From: Eledone cirrhosa
Lineage: Eukaryota
Reading direction: 5' to 3'
Length of the DNA: 64,000 bases
NCBI GenBank assembly: GCA_964016885.1
Contig: OZ024745.1
Location: 1,550,001 to 1,614,000, forward strand
In this document: in pieces, positions 11,595-26,500 of the stretch
Layout: every line of letters starts with the position of its first letter
How positions within the stretch are numbered: the stretch's first letter is position 1
The notes under the pieces: model-generated
Databases searched by the model: none
Told to the model about the DNA's origin: nothing
What the model saw: only the letters and a program-made list of their open reading frames with translations
Made by a program: the position numbers and the translations under genes

Positions 11595-14500
11595 TTGACA
11601 CTATGGCAGCTACCAGTATAGATGACTGTTGACACTATGGTAGCTACCAGTATATATGACTCTTGACACTATGGCAGCTACCAGTATAGATGACTGTTGA
11701 CACTATGGCAGCTACCAGTATATATGACTCTTGACACTATGGCAGCTACCAGTATAGATGACTGTTGACACTATGGCAGCTACCAGTATATATGACTCTT
11801 GACACTATGGCAGCTACCAGTATATATAACTGTTGACACTATGGCAGCTACCAGTATAGATGACTGTTGACACTATGGCAGCTACCAGTATATATAACTG
11901 TTGACACTATGGCAGCTACCAGTATAGATGACTGTTGACAGTATGGCAGCTACCAGTATATATGACTCTTGACAGTATGGCAGCTACCAGTATATATGAC
12001 TGTTGACACTATGGCAGCTACCAGTATATATGTCTGTTGACACTATGGCAGCTACCAGTATATATGACTGTTGACACTATGGCAGCTACCAGTATATATG
12101 ACTGTTGACACTATGGCAGCTACCAGTATAGATGACTCTTGACACTATGGCAGCTACCTGTATATATGACTGTTGACACTATGGCAGCTACCAGTATATA
12201 TGACTGTTGACACTATGGCAGCTACCAGTATATATGACTGTTGACACTATGGCAGCTACCAGTATATATGACTGTTGACACTATGGCAGCTACCAGTATA
12301 TATGACTGTTGACACTATGGCAGCTACCAGTATAGATGACTCTTGACACTATGGCAGCTACCTGTATATATGACTGTTGACACTATGGCAGCTACCAGTA
12401 TATATGACTGTTGACACTATGGCAGCTACCAGTATAGATGACTCTTGACACTATGGCAGCTACCTGTATATATGACTGTTGACACTATGGCAGCTACCAG
12501 TATGTATGACTGTTGACACTATAGCAGCTACCAGTATATATGACTGTTGACACTATGGCAGCTACCAGTATATATGACTGTTGACACTATGGCAGCTACC
12601 AGTATAGATGACTCTTGACACTATGGCAGCTACCTGTATATATGACTGTTGACACTATGGCAGCTACCAGTATGTATGACTGTTGACACTATAGCAGCTA
12701 CCAGTATATATGACTGTTGACACTATGGCAGCTACCAGTATATATGTCTGTTGACACTATGGCAGCTACCAGTATATATGACTGTTGACACTATGGCAGC
12801 TACCAGTATATATGACTGTTGACACTATGGCAGCTACCAGTATATATGACTGTTGACATTATGGCAGCTACCAGTATATATGACTATTGACACTATGGCA
12901 GCTACCAGTATATATGACTGTTGACACTATGGCAGCTACCAGTATATATGACTCTTGACACTATGGCAGCTACCAGTATAGATGAGTCTTGACACTATGG
13001 CAGCTACCAGTATATATGACTGTTGACACTATGGCAGCTACCAGTATGTATGACTCTTGACATTATGGCAGCTACCAGTATATATGACTATTGACACTAT
13101 GGCAGCTACCAGTATATATGACTGTTGACACTATGGCAGCTACCAGTATGTATGACTCTTGACATTATGGCAGCTACCAGTATGTATGACTCCTGACACT
13201 ATGGCAGCTACCAGTATATATGACTGTTGACACTATGGCAGCTACCAGTATATATAACTGTTGACATTATGGCAGCTACCAGTATATATGACTGTTGACA
13301 CTATGGCAGCTACCAGTATATATGACTCTTGACACTATGGCAGCTACCAGTATATATGACTGTTGACACTATGGCAGCTACCAGTATATATGACTCTTGA
13401 CACTATGGCAGCTACCAGTATATATGACTGTTGACATTATGGCAGCTACCAGTATGTATGACTCTTGACATTATGGCAGCTACCAGTATAGATGACTGTT
13501 GACACTATGGCAGCTACCAGTATAGATGACTGTTGACACTATGGCAGCTACCAGTATATATGACTGTTGACACTATGGCAGCAACCAGTATAGATGACTC
13601 TTGACACTATGGCAGCTACCAGTATATATGACTGTTGACACTATGGCAGCTACCAGTATAGATGACTCTTGACACTATGGCAGCTACCAGTATATATGAC
13701 TGTTGACACTATGGCAGCTACCAGTATATATGACTGTTGACACTATGGCAGCTACCAGTATATATGACTGTTGACACTATGGCAGCTACCAGTATATATG
13801 ACTGTTGACATTATGGCAGCTACCAGTATAGATGACTCTTGACACTATGGCAGCTACCAGTATATATGACTGTTGACACTATGGCAGCTACCAGTATATA
13901 TGACTGTTGACACTATGGCAGCTACCAGTATATATGACTGTTGACACTATAGCAGCTACCAGTATATATGACTGTTGACACTATGGCAGCTACCAGTATA
14001 TATGACTCTTGACACTATGGCAGCTACCAGTATATATGACTGTTGACACTATGGCAGCTACCAGTATATATGACTGTTGACACTATGGCAGCTACCAGTA
14101 TATATGACTGTTGACACTATAGCAGCTACCAGTATATAAGACTGTTGACACTATGGCAGCTACCAGTATATATGACTCTTGACACTATGGCAGCTACCAG
14201 TATATATGACTGTTGACACTATGGCAGCTACCAGTATATATGACTGTTGACACTATGGCAGCTACCAGTATATATGACTGTTGACACTATGGCAGCTACC
14301 AGTATATATGACTCTTGACACTATGGCAGCTACCAGTATATATGACTGTTGACACTATGGCAGCTACCAGTATATATGACTGTTGACACTATGGCAGCTA
14401 CCAGTATATATGACTGTTGACACTATAGCAGCTACCAGTATATATGACTGTTGACACTATGGCAGCTACCAGTATATATGACTGTTGACACTATGGCAGC

Positions 14501-17500
14501 TACCAGTATATATGACTGTTGACATTATGGCAGCTACCAGTATATATGACTGTTGACACTATGGCAGCTACCAGTATATATGACTGTTGACATTATGGCA
14601 GCTACCAGTATATATGACTGTTGACATTATGGCAGCTACCAGTATATATGATTGTTGACACTATGGCAGCTACCAGTATATATGACTGTTGACACTATAG
14701 CAGCTACCAGTATAGATGAGTGTTGACACTATGGCAGCTACCAGTATATATGACTGTTGACATTATGGCAGCTACCAGTATATATGACTGTTGACACTAT
14801 GGCAGCTACCAGTATATATGACTGTTGACATTATGGCAGCTACCAGTATATATGACTATTGACACTATGGCAGCTACCAGTATAGATGACTGTTGACACT
14901 ATGGCAGCTACCAGTGTATATGACTCTTGACACTATGGCAGCTACCAGTATGTATGACTGTTGACACTATGGCAGCTACCAGTATATATGACTGTTGACA
15001 TTATGGCAGCTACCAGTATATATGACTGTTGACACTATGGCAGCTACCAGTATATATGACTGTTGACATTATGGCAGCTACCAGTATATATGACTGTTGA
15101 CACTATGGCAGCTACCAGTATATATGACTGTTGACATTATGGCAGCTACCAGTATATATGACTGTTGACATTATGGCAGCTACCAGTATATATGACTGTT
15201 GACACTATGGCAGCTACCAGTATGTATGACTGTTGACACTATGGCAGCTACCAGTATATATGACTGTTGACACTATGGCAGCTACCAGTATATATGACTC
15301 TTGACACTATGGCAGCTACCAGTATATATGACTGTTGACACTATGGCAGCTACCAGTATATATGACTGTTGACACTATGGCAGCTACCAGTATATATGAC
15401 TCTTGACACTATGGCAGCTACCAGTATATATGTCTGTTGACACTATGGCAGCTACCAGTATAGATGACTGTTGACACTATGGCAGCTACCAGTATGTATG
15501 ACTGTTGACACTATGGCAGCTACCAGTGTATATGACTCTTGACACTATGGCAGCTACCAGTATATATGACTGTTGACACTATGGTAGCTACCAGTATAGA
15601 TTACTCTTGACACTATGGCAGCTACCAGTATATATGACTGTTGACACTATGGCAGCTACCAGTATATATGACTGTTGACACTATGGCAGCTACCAGTATG
15701 TATGACTGTTGACACTATGGCAGCTACCAGTATGTATGACTGTTGACACTATGGCAGCTACCAGTATGTATGACTGTTGACACTATGGCAGCTACCAGTA
15801 TATATGACTGTTGACACTATGGCAGCTACCAGTATATATGACTGTTGACACTATGGCAGCTACCAGTATATATGACTGTTGACACTATGGCAGCTACCAG
15901 TATATATGACTGTTGACACTATAGCAGCTACCAGTATATATGACTATTGACACTATGGCAGCTACCAGTATATATGACTGTTGACACTATGGTAGCTACC
16001 AGTATATATGACTGTTGACATTATGGTAGCTACCAGTATATATGACTGTTGACACTATGGCAGCTACCAGTATATATGAGTGTTGACAGTATGGCAGATA
16101 CCAGTATATATGACTGTTAACACTATGGCAGCTACCAGTATATATGACTGTTGACACTATGGCAGCTACCAGTATGTATGACTGTTGACACTATGGCAGC
16201 TACCAGTATATATGACTGTTGACACTATGGCAGCTACCAGTATATATGACTGTTGACATTATGGCAGCTACCAGTATATATGACTGTTGACACTATGGCA
16301 GCTACCAGTATATATGTCTGTTGACACTATGGCAGCTACCAGTATATATGACTGTTGACATTATGGCAGCTACCAGTATATATGACTCTTGACACTATGG
16401 CAGCTACCAGTATATATGACTGTTGACCCTATGGCAGCTACCAGTATATATGACTGTTGACACTATGGCAGCTACCAGTATATATGACTGTTGACACTAT
16501 GGCAGCTACCAGTATAGATGAGTGTTGACACTATGGCAGCTACCAGTATATATGACTGTTGACACTATAGCAGCTACCAGTATATATGATTGTTGACACT
16601 ATGGCAGCTACCAGTATATATGACAGTTGACACTATGGCAGCTACCAGTATATATGACTGTTGACACTATGGCAGCTACCAGTATATATGACTATTGACA
16701 CTATGGCAGCTACCAGTATATATGACTGTTGTCACTATGGCAGCTACCGGTATATATGACTGTTGACACTATGGCAGCTACCAGTATATATGCCTGTTGA
16801 CACTATGGCAGCTACCAGTATATATGACTATTGACACTATGGCAGCTACCAGTATAGTTGACTGTTGAAACTATGGCAGCTACCAGTATATATGACTGTT
16901 GACACTATGGCAGCTACCAGTATAGTTGACTGTTGAAACTATGGCAGCTACCAGTATATATGACTGTTGACACTATGGCAGCTACCAGTATATATGACTG
17001 TTGACACTATGGCAGCTACCAGTATATATGACTGTTGACATTATGGCAGCTACCAGTATATATGACTCTTGACACTATGGCAGCTACCAGTATATATTAC
17101 TGTTGACACTATGGCAGCTACCAGTATATATGACTGTTGACACTATGGCAGCTACCAGTATACATGACTGTTGACACTCTGGCAGCTACCAGTATATATG
17201 ACTGTTGACACTATGGCAGCTACCAGTATATATGACTGTTGACACTATGGCAGCTACCAGTATATATGACTGTTGACACTATGGCAGCTACCAGTATACA
17301 TGACTGTTGACACTCTGGCAGCTACCAGTATATATGACTGTTGACACTCTGGCAGCTACCAGTATATATGACTGTTGACACTATGGCAGCTACCAGTATA
17401 TATGACTGTTGACACTATGGCAGCTACCAGTATACATGACTGTTGACAGTATGGCAGATACCAGTATATATGACTGTTGACACTATGGCAGCTACCAGTA

Positions 17501-20500
17501 TATATGACTGTTGACATTATGGCAGCTACCAGTATATATGACTCTTGACACTATGGCAGCTACCAGTATATATGACTGTTGACACTATGGCAGCTACCAG
17601 TATATATGACTGTTGACACTATGGCAGCTACCAGTATACATGACTGTTGACATTATGGCAGCTACCAGTATATATGACTGTTGACACTATGGCAGCTACC
17701 AGTATATATGACTGTTGACACTATGGCAGCTACCAGTATATATGACTGACACTATGGCAGCTACCAGTATATATGACAGTTGACATTATGGCAGCTACCA
17801 GTATATATGACTGTTGACACTATGGCAGCTACCAGTATATATGAGTCTTGACACTATGGCAGCTACCAGTATATATGACTGTTGACACTATGGCAGCTAC
17901 CAGTATAGATGACTGTTGACATTATGGCAGCTACCAGTATATATGACTGTTGACACTATGGCAGCTACCAGTATATATGACTGTTGACATTATGGCAGCT
18001 ACCAGTATATATGACTCTTGACACTATGGCAGCTACCAGTATATATGACTGTTGACACTATGGCAGCTACCAGTATATATGACTATTGACACTATGGCAG
18101 CTACCAGTATATATGACTGTTGACACTATGGCAGCTACCAGTATATATGACTGTTGACACTATGGCAGCTACCAGTATGTATGTCTGTTGACACTATGGC
18201 AGCTACCAGTATATATGACTGTTGACACTATGGCAGCTACCAGTATATATGACTGTTGACACTATATCAGCTACCAGTATATATGACTATTGACACTATG
18301 GCAGCTACCAGTATAGATGACTGTTGACACTATGGCAGCTACCAGTATATATGACTCTTGACACTATGGCAGCTACCAGTATATATGACTGTTGACACTA
18401 TGGCAGCTACCAGTATATATGACTGTTGACATTATGGCAGCTACCAGTATATATGACTCTTGACACTATGGCAGCTATCAGTATATATGACTGTTGACAC
18501 TATGGCAGCTACCAGTATATATGACTATTGACACTATGGCAGCTACCAGTATATATGACTGTTGACACTATGGCAGCTACCAGTATATATGACTGTTGAC
18601 ACTATGGCAGCTACCAGTATGTATGTCTGTTGACACTATGGCAGCTACCAGTATATATGACTGTTGACACTATGGCAGCTACCAGTGTATATGACTGTTG
18701 ACACTATATCAGCTACCAGTATATATGACTATTGACACTATGGCAGCTACCAGTATAGATGACTGTTGACACTATGGCAGCTACCAGTATAGTTGACTGT
18801 TGACAGTATGGCAGCTACCAGTATAGATGACTGTTGACACTATGGCAGCTACCAGTATAGATGACTGTTGACACTATGGCAGCTACCAGTATATATGACT
18901 CTTGACACTATGGCAGCTACCAGTATATATGACTGTTGACACTATGGCAGCTACCAGTATATATGACTGTTGACAGTATGGCAGCTACCAGTATATATGA
19001 CTGATGACAATATGGCAGCTACCAGTATATATGACTGTTGACTGTATGGCAGCTACCAGTATTGATGACTGTTGACACTATGGCAGCTACCAGTATATAT
19101 GACTCTTGACACTATGGCAGCTACCAGTATATATGACTGTTGACACTATGGCAGATACCAATATAGATGACTGTTGACACTATGGCAGCTACCAGTATAT
19201 ATGACTCTTGACACTATGGCAGCTACCAGTATATATAACTGTTGACACTATGGCAGCTACCAGTATATATGACTGTTGACACTATGGCAGCTACCAGTAT
19301 ATATGACTCTTGACACTATGGCAGCTACCAGTATATATGACTCTTGACACCATGGCAGCTACCAGTATATATGACTGTTGACACTATGGTAGCTACCAGT
19401 ATATATGACTCTTGACACTATGGCAGCTACCAGTATAGATTACTCTTGACACTATGGCAGCTACCAGTATATATGACTGTTGACACTATGGCAGCTACCA
19501 GTATGTATGACTCTTGACAGTATGGCAGCTACCAGTATATATGACTGTTGACACTATGGTAGCTACCAGTATAGATTACTCTTGACACTATGGCAGCTAC
19601 CAGTATATATGACTGTTGACACTATGGTAGCTACCAGTATAGATTACTCTTGACACTATGGCCGCTACCAGTATATATGACTGTTGACATTATGGCAGCT
19701 ACCAGTATATATGACTGTTGACACTATGGCAGCTACCAGTATATATGACTGTTGACACTATGGCAGCTACCAGTATATATGACTGTTGACACTATGGCAG
19801 CTACCAGTATATATGACTGTTGACACTATGGCAGCTACCAGTATATATGACTGTTGACACTATGGCAGCTACCAGTATAGATGACTGTTGACAGTATGGC
19901 AGCTACCAGTATATATGACTGTTGACACTATGGCAGCTACCAGTATAGATGACTGTTGACAATATGGCAGCTACCAGTATATATGACTGTTGACACTATG
20001 GCAGCTACCAGTATATATGACTGTTGACACTCTGGCAGCTACCAGTATATATGACTGTTGACACTATGGCAGCTACCAGTATATATGACTGTTGACACTA
20101 TGGCAGCTACCAGTATATATGACTGTTGACACTCTGGCAGCTACCAGTATATATGACTGTTGACACTATGGCAGCTACCAGTATATATGACTGTTGACAC
20201 TATGGCAGCTACCAGTATAGATGACTGTTGACACTATGGCAGCTACCAGTATATATGACTCTTGACAGTATGGCAGCTACCAGTATATATGACTGTTGAC
20301 ACTATGGCAGCTACCAGTATATATGACTGTTGACACTATGGTAGCTACCAGTATAGATTACTCTTGACACTATGGCAGCTACCAGTATATATGACTGTTG
20401 ACACTATGGTAGCTACCAGTATAGATTACTCTTGACACTATGGCCGCTACCAGTATAGTTGACTGTTGAAACTATGGCAGCTACCAGTATATATGACTGT

Positions 20501-23500
20501 TGACACTATGGCAGCTACCAGTATATATGACTGTTGACACTATGGCAGCTACCAGTATATATGACTGTTGACACTATGGCAGCTACCAGTATATATGACT
20601 GTTGACACTATGGCAGCTACCAGTATAGATGACTGTTGACAGTATGGCAGCTACCAGTATATATGACTGTTGACACTATGGCAGCTACCAGTATAGATGA
20701 CTGTTGACAATATGGCAGCTACCAGTATATATGACTGTTGACACTATGGCAGCTACCAGTATATATGACTGTTGACACTCTGGCAGCTACCAGTATATAT
20801 GACTGTTGACACTATGGCAGCTACCAGTATATATGACTGTTGACACTATGGCAGCTACCAGTATATATGACTGTTGACACTCTGGCAGCTACCAGTATAT
20901 ATGACTGTTGACACTATGGCAGCTACCAGTATATATGACTGTTGACACTATGGTAGCTACCAGTATATATGACTCTTGACACTATGGCAGCTACCAGTAT
21001 AGATTACTCTTGACACTATGGCAGCTACCAGTATATATGACTGTTGACACTATGGCAGCTACCAGTATGTATGACTCTTGACAGTATGGCAGCTACCAGT
21101 ATATATGACTGTTGACACTATGGTAGCTACCAGTATAGATTACTCTTGACACTATGGCAGCTACCAGTATATATGACTGTTGACACTATGGTAGCTACCA
21201 GTATAGATTACTCTTGACACTATGGCCGCTACCAGTATATATGACTGTTGACATTATGGCAGCTACCAGTATATATGACTGTTGACACTATGGCAGCTAC
21301 CAGTATATATGACTGTTGACACTATGGCAGCTACCAGTATATATGACTGTTGACACTATGGCAGCTACCAGTATATATGACTGTTGACACTATGGCAGCT
21401 ACCAGTATATATGACTGTTGACACTATGGCAGCTACCAGTATAGATGACTGTTGACAGTATGGCAGCTACCAGTATATATGACTGTTGACACTATGGCAG
21501 CTACCAGTATAGATGACTGTTGACAATATGGCAGCTACCAGTATATATGACTGTTGACACTATGGCAGCTACCAGTATATATGACTGTTGACACTCTGGC
21601 AGCTACCAGTATATATGACTGTTGACACTATGGCAGCTACCAGTATATATGACTGTTGACACTATGGCAGCTACCAGTATATATGACTGTTGACACTCTG
21701 GCAGCTACCAGTATATATGACTGTTGACACTATGGCAGCTACCAGTATATATGACTGTTGACACTATGGCAGCTACCAGTATAGATGACTGTTGACACTA
21801 TGGCAGCTACCAGTATATATGACTCTTGACAGTATGGCAGCTACCAGTATATATGACTGTTGACACTATGGCAGCTACCAGTATATATGACTGTTGACAC
21901 TATGGTAGCTACCAGTATAGATTACTCTTGACACTATGGCAGCTACCAGTATATATGACTGTTGACACTATGGTAGCTACCAGTATAGATTACTCTTGAC
22001 ACTATGGCCGCTACCAGTATAGTTGACTGTTGAAACTATGGCAGCTACCAGTATATATGACTGTTGACACTATGGCAGCTACCAGTATATATGACTGTTG
22101 ACACTATGGCAGCTACCAGTATATATGACTGTTGACACTATGGCAGCTACCAGTATATATGACTGTTGACACTCTGGCAGCTACCAGTATATATGACTGT
22201 TGACACTATGGCAGCTACCAGTATATATGACTGTTGACACTATGGCAGCTACCAGTATATATGACTGTTGACACTCTGGCAGCTACCAGTATATATGACT
22301 GTTGACACTATGGCAGCTACCAGTATATATGACTGTTGACACTATGGCAGCTACCAGTATAGATGACTGTTGACACTATGGCAGCTACCAGTATATATGA
22401 CTCTTGACAGTATGGCAGCTACCAGTATATATGACTGTTGACACTATGGCAGCTACCAGTATATATGACTGTTGACACTATGGTAGCTACCAGTATAGAT
22501 TACTCTTGACACTATGGCAGCTACCAGTATATATGACTGTTGACACTATGGTAGCTACCAGTATAGATTACTCTTGACACTATGGCCGCTACCAGTATAG
22601 TTGACTGTTGAAACTATGGCAGCTACCAGTATATATGACTGTTGACACTATGGCAGCTACCAGTATATATGACTGTTGACACTATGGCAGCTACCAGTAT
22701 ATATGACTGTTGACACTATGGCAGCTACCAGTATATATGACTGTTGACACTATGGCAGCTACCAGTATAGATGACTGTTGACAGTATGGCAGCTACCAGT
22801 ATATATGACTGTTGACACTATGGCAGCTACCAGTATAGATGACTGTTGACAATATGGCAGCTACCAGTATATATGACTGTTGACACTATGGCAGCTACCA
22901 GTATATATGACTGTTGACACTCTGGCAGCTACCAGTATATATGACTGTTGACACTATGGCAGCTACCAGTATATATGACTGTTGACACTATGGCAGCTAC
23001 CAGTATATATGACTGTTGACACTCTGGCAGCTACCAGTATATATGACTGTTGACACTATGGCAGCTACCAGTATATATGACTGTTGACACTATGGTAGCT
23101 ACCAGTATATATGACTCTTGACACTATGGCAGCTACCAGTATAGATTACTCTTGACACTATGGCAGCTACCAGTATATATGACTGTTGACACTATGGCAG
23201 CTACCAGTATGTATGACTCTTGACAGTATGGCAGCTACCAGTATATATGACTGTTGACACTATGGTAGCTACCAGTATAGATTACTCTTGACACTATGGC
23301 AGCTACCAGTATATATGACTGTTGACACTATGGTAGCTACCAGTATAGATTACTCTTGACACTATGGCCGCTACCAGTATATATGACTGTTGACATTATG
23401 GCAGCTACCAGTATATATGACTGTTGACACTATGGCAGCTACCAGTATATATGACTGTTGACACTATGGCAGCTACCAGTATATATGACTGTTGACACTA

Positions 23501-26500
23501 TGGCAGCTACCAGTATATATGACTGTTGACACTATGGCAGCTACCAGTATATATGACTGTTGACACTATGGCAGCTACCAGTATAGATGACTGTTGACAG
23601 TATGGCAGCTACCAGTATATATGACTGTTGACACTATGGCAGCTACCAGTATAGATGACTGTTGACAATATGGCAGCTACCAGTATATATGACTGTTGAC
23701 ACTATGGCAGCTACCAGTATATATGACTGTTGACACTCTGGCAGCTACCAGTATATATGACTGTTGACACTATGGCAGCTACCAGTATATATGACTGTTG
23801 ACACTATGGCAGCTACCAGTATATATGACTGTTGACACTCTGGCAGCTACCAGTATATATGACTGTTGACACTATGGCAGCTACCAGTATATATGACTGT
23901 TGACACTATGGCAGCTACCAGTATAGATGACTGTTGACACTATGGCAGCTACCAGTATATATGACTCTTGACAGTATGGCAGCTACCAGTATATATGACT
24001 GTTGACACTATGGCAGCTACCAGTATATATGACTGTTGACACTATGGTAGCTACCAGTATAGATTACTCTTGACACTATGGCAGCTACCAGTATATATGA
24101 CTGTTGACACTATGGTAGCTACCAGTATAGATTACTCTTGACACTATGGCCGCTACCAGTATAGTTGACTGTTGAAACTATGGCAGCTACCAGTATATAT
24201 GACTGTTGACACTATGGCAGCTACCAGTATATATGACTGTTGACACTATGGCAGCTACCAGTATATATGACTGTTGACACTATGGCAGCTACCAGTATAT
24301 ATGACTGTTGACACTATGGCAGCTACCAGTATAGATGACTGTTGACAGTATGGCAGCTACCAGTATATATGACTGTTGACACTATGGCAGCTACCAGTAT
24401 AGATGACTGTTGACAATATGGCAGCTACCAGTATATATGACTGTTGACACTATGGCAGCTACCAGTATAGATGACTGTTGACAATATGGCAGCTACCAGT
24501 ATATATGACTGTTGACACTATGGCAGCTACCAGTATATATGACTGTTGACACTATGGCAGCTACCAGTATATATGACTGTTGACACTATGGCAGCTACCA
24601 GTATATATGACTGTTGACACTCTGGCAGCTACCAGTATATATGACTGTTGACACTATGGCAGCTACCAGTATATATGACTGTTGACACTCTGGCAGCTAC
24701 CAGTATATATGACTGTTGACACTATGGCAGCTACCAGTATATATGACTGTTGACACTATGGCAGCTACCAGTATATATGACTGTTGACACTCTGGCAGCT
24801 ACCAGTATATATGACTGTTGACACTATGGCAGCTACCAGTATATATGACTGTTGACACTATGGCAGCTACCAGTATAGATGACTGTTGACACTATGGCAG
24901 CTACCAGTATATTACTCTTGACAGTATGGCAGCTACCAGTATATATGACTGTTGACACTATGGCAGCTACCAGTATATATGTCTGTTGACACTATGGCAG
25001 CTACCAGTATAGATGACTGTTGACACTATGGCAGCTACCAGTATAGATGACTGTTGACACTATGGCAGCTACCAGTATATATGACTGTTGACACTATGGC
25101 AGCTACCAGTATATATGACTGTTGACACTATGGCAGCTACCAGTATAGATGACTCTTGACACTATGGCAGCTACCAGTATAGATGACTCTTGACACTATG
25201 GCAGCTACCTGTATATATGACTGTTGACACTATGGCAGCTACCAGTATGTATGACTGTTGACACTATAGCAGCTACCAGTATATATGACTGTTGACACTA
25301 TGGCAGCTACCAGTATATATGTCTGTTGACACTATGGCAGCTACCAGTATATATGAGTCTTGACACTATGGCAGCTACCAGTATATATGACTGTTGACAC
25401 TATGGCAGCTACCAGTATAGATGACTGTTGACATTATGGCAGCTACCAGTATATATGACTGTTGACACTATGGCAGCTACCAGTATATATGACTGTTGAC
25501 ACTATGGCAGCTACCAGTATGTATGTCTGTTGACACTATGGCAGCTACCAGTATATATGACTGTTGACACTATGGCAGCTACCAGTATATATGACTGTTG
25601 ACACTATATCAGCTACCAGTATATATGACTATTGACACTATGGCAGCTACCAGTATAGATGACTGTTGACACTATGGCAGCTACCAGTATATATGACTCT
25701 TGACACTATGGCAGCTACCAGTATATATGACTGTTGACACTATGGCAGCTACCAGTATATATGACTGTTGACATTATGGCAGCTACCAGTATATATGACT
25801 CTTGACACTATGGCAGCTATCAGTATATATGACTGTTGACACTATGGCAGCTACCAGTATATATGACTATTGACACTATGGCAGCTACCAGTATATATGA
25901 CTGTTGACACTATGGCAGCTACCAGTATATATGACTGTTGACACTATGGCAGCTACCAGTATGTATGTCTGTTGACACTATGGCAGCTACCAGTATATAT
26001 GACTGTTGACACTATGGCAGCTACCAGTATATATGACTGTTGACACTATATCAGCTACCAGTATATATGACTATTGACACTATGGCAGCTACCAGTATAG
26101 ATGACTGTTGACACTATGGCAGCTACCAGTATAGTTGACTGTTGACAGTATGGCAGCTACCAGTATAGATGACTGTTGACACTATGGCAGCTACCAGTAT
26201 AGATGACTGTTGACACTATGGCAGCTACCAGTATATATGACTCTTGACACTATGGCAGCTACCAGTATATATGACTGTTGACACTATGGCAGCTACCAGT
26301 ATATATGACTGTTGACAGTATGGCAGCTACCAGTATATATGACTGATGACAATATGGCAGCTACCAGTATATATGACTGTTGACTGTATGGCAGCTACCA
26401 GTATTGATGACTGTTGACACTATGGCAGCTACCAGTATATATGACTCTTGACACTATGGCAGCTACCAGTATATATGACTGTTGACACTATGGCAGATAC

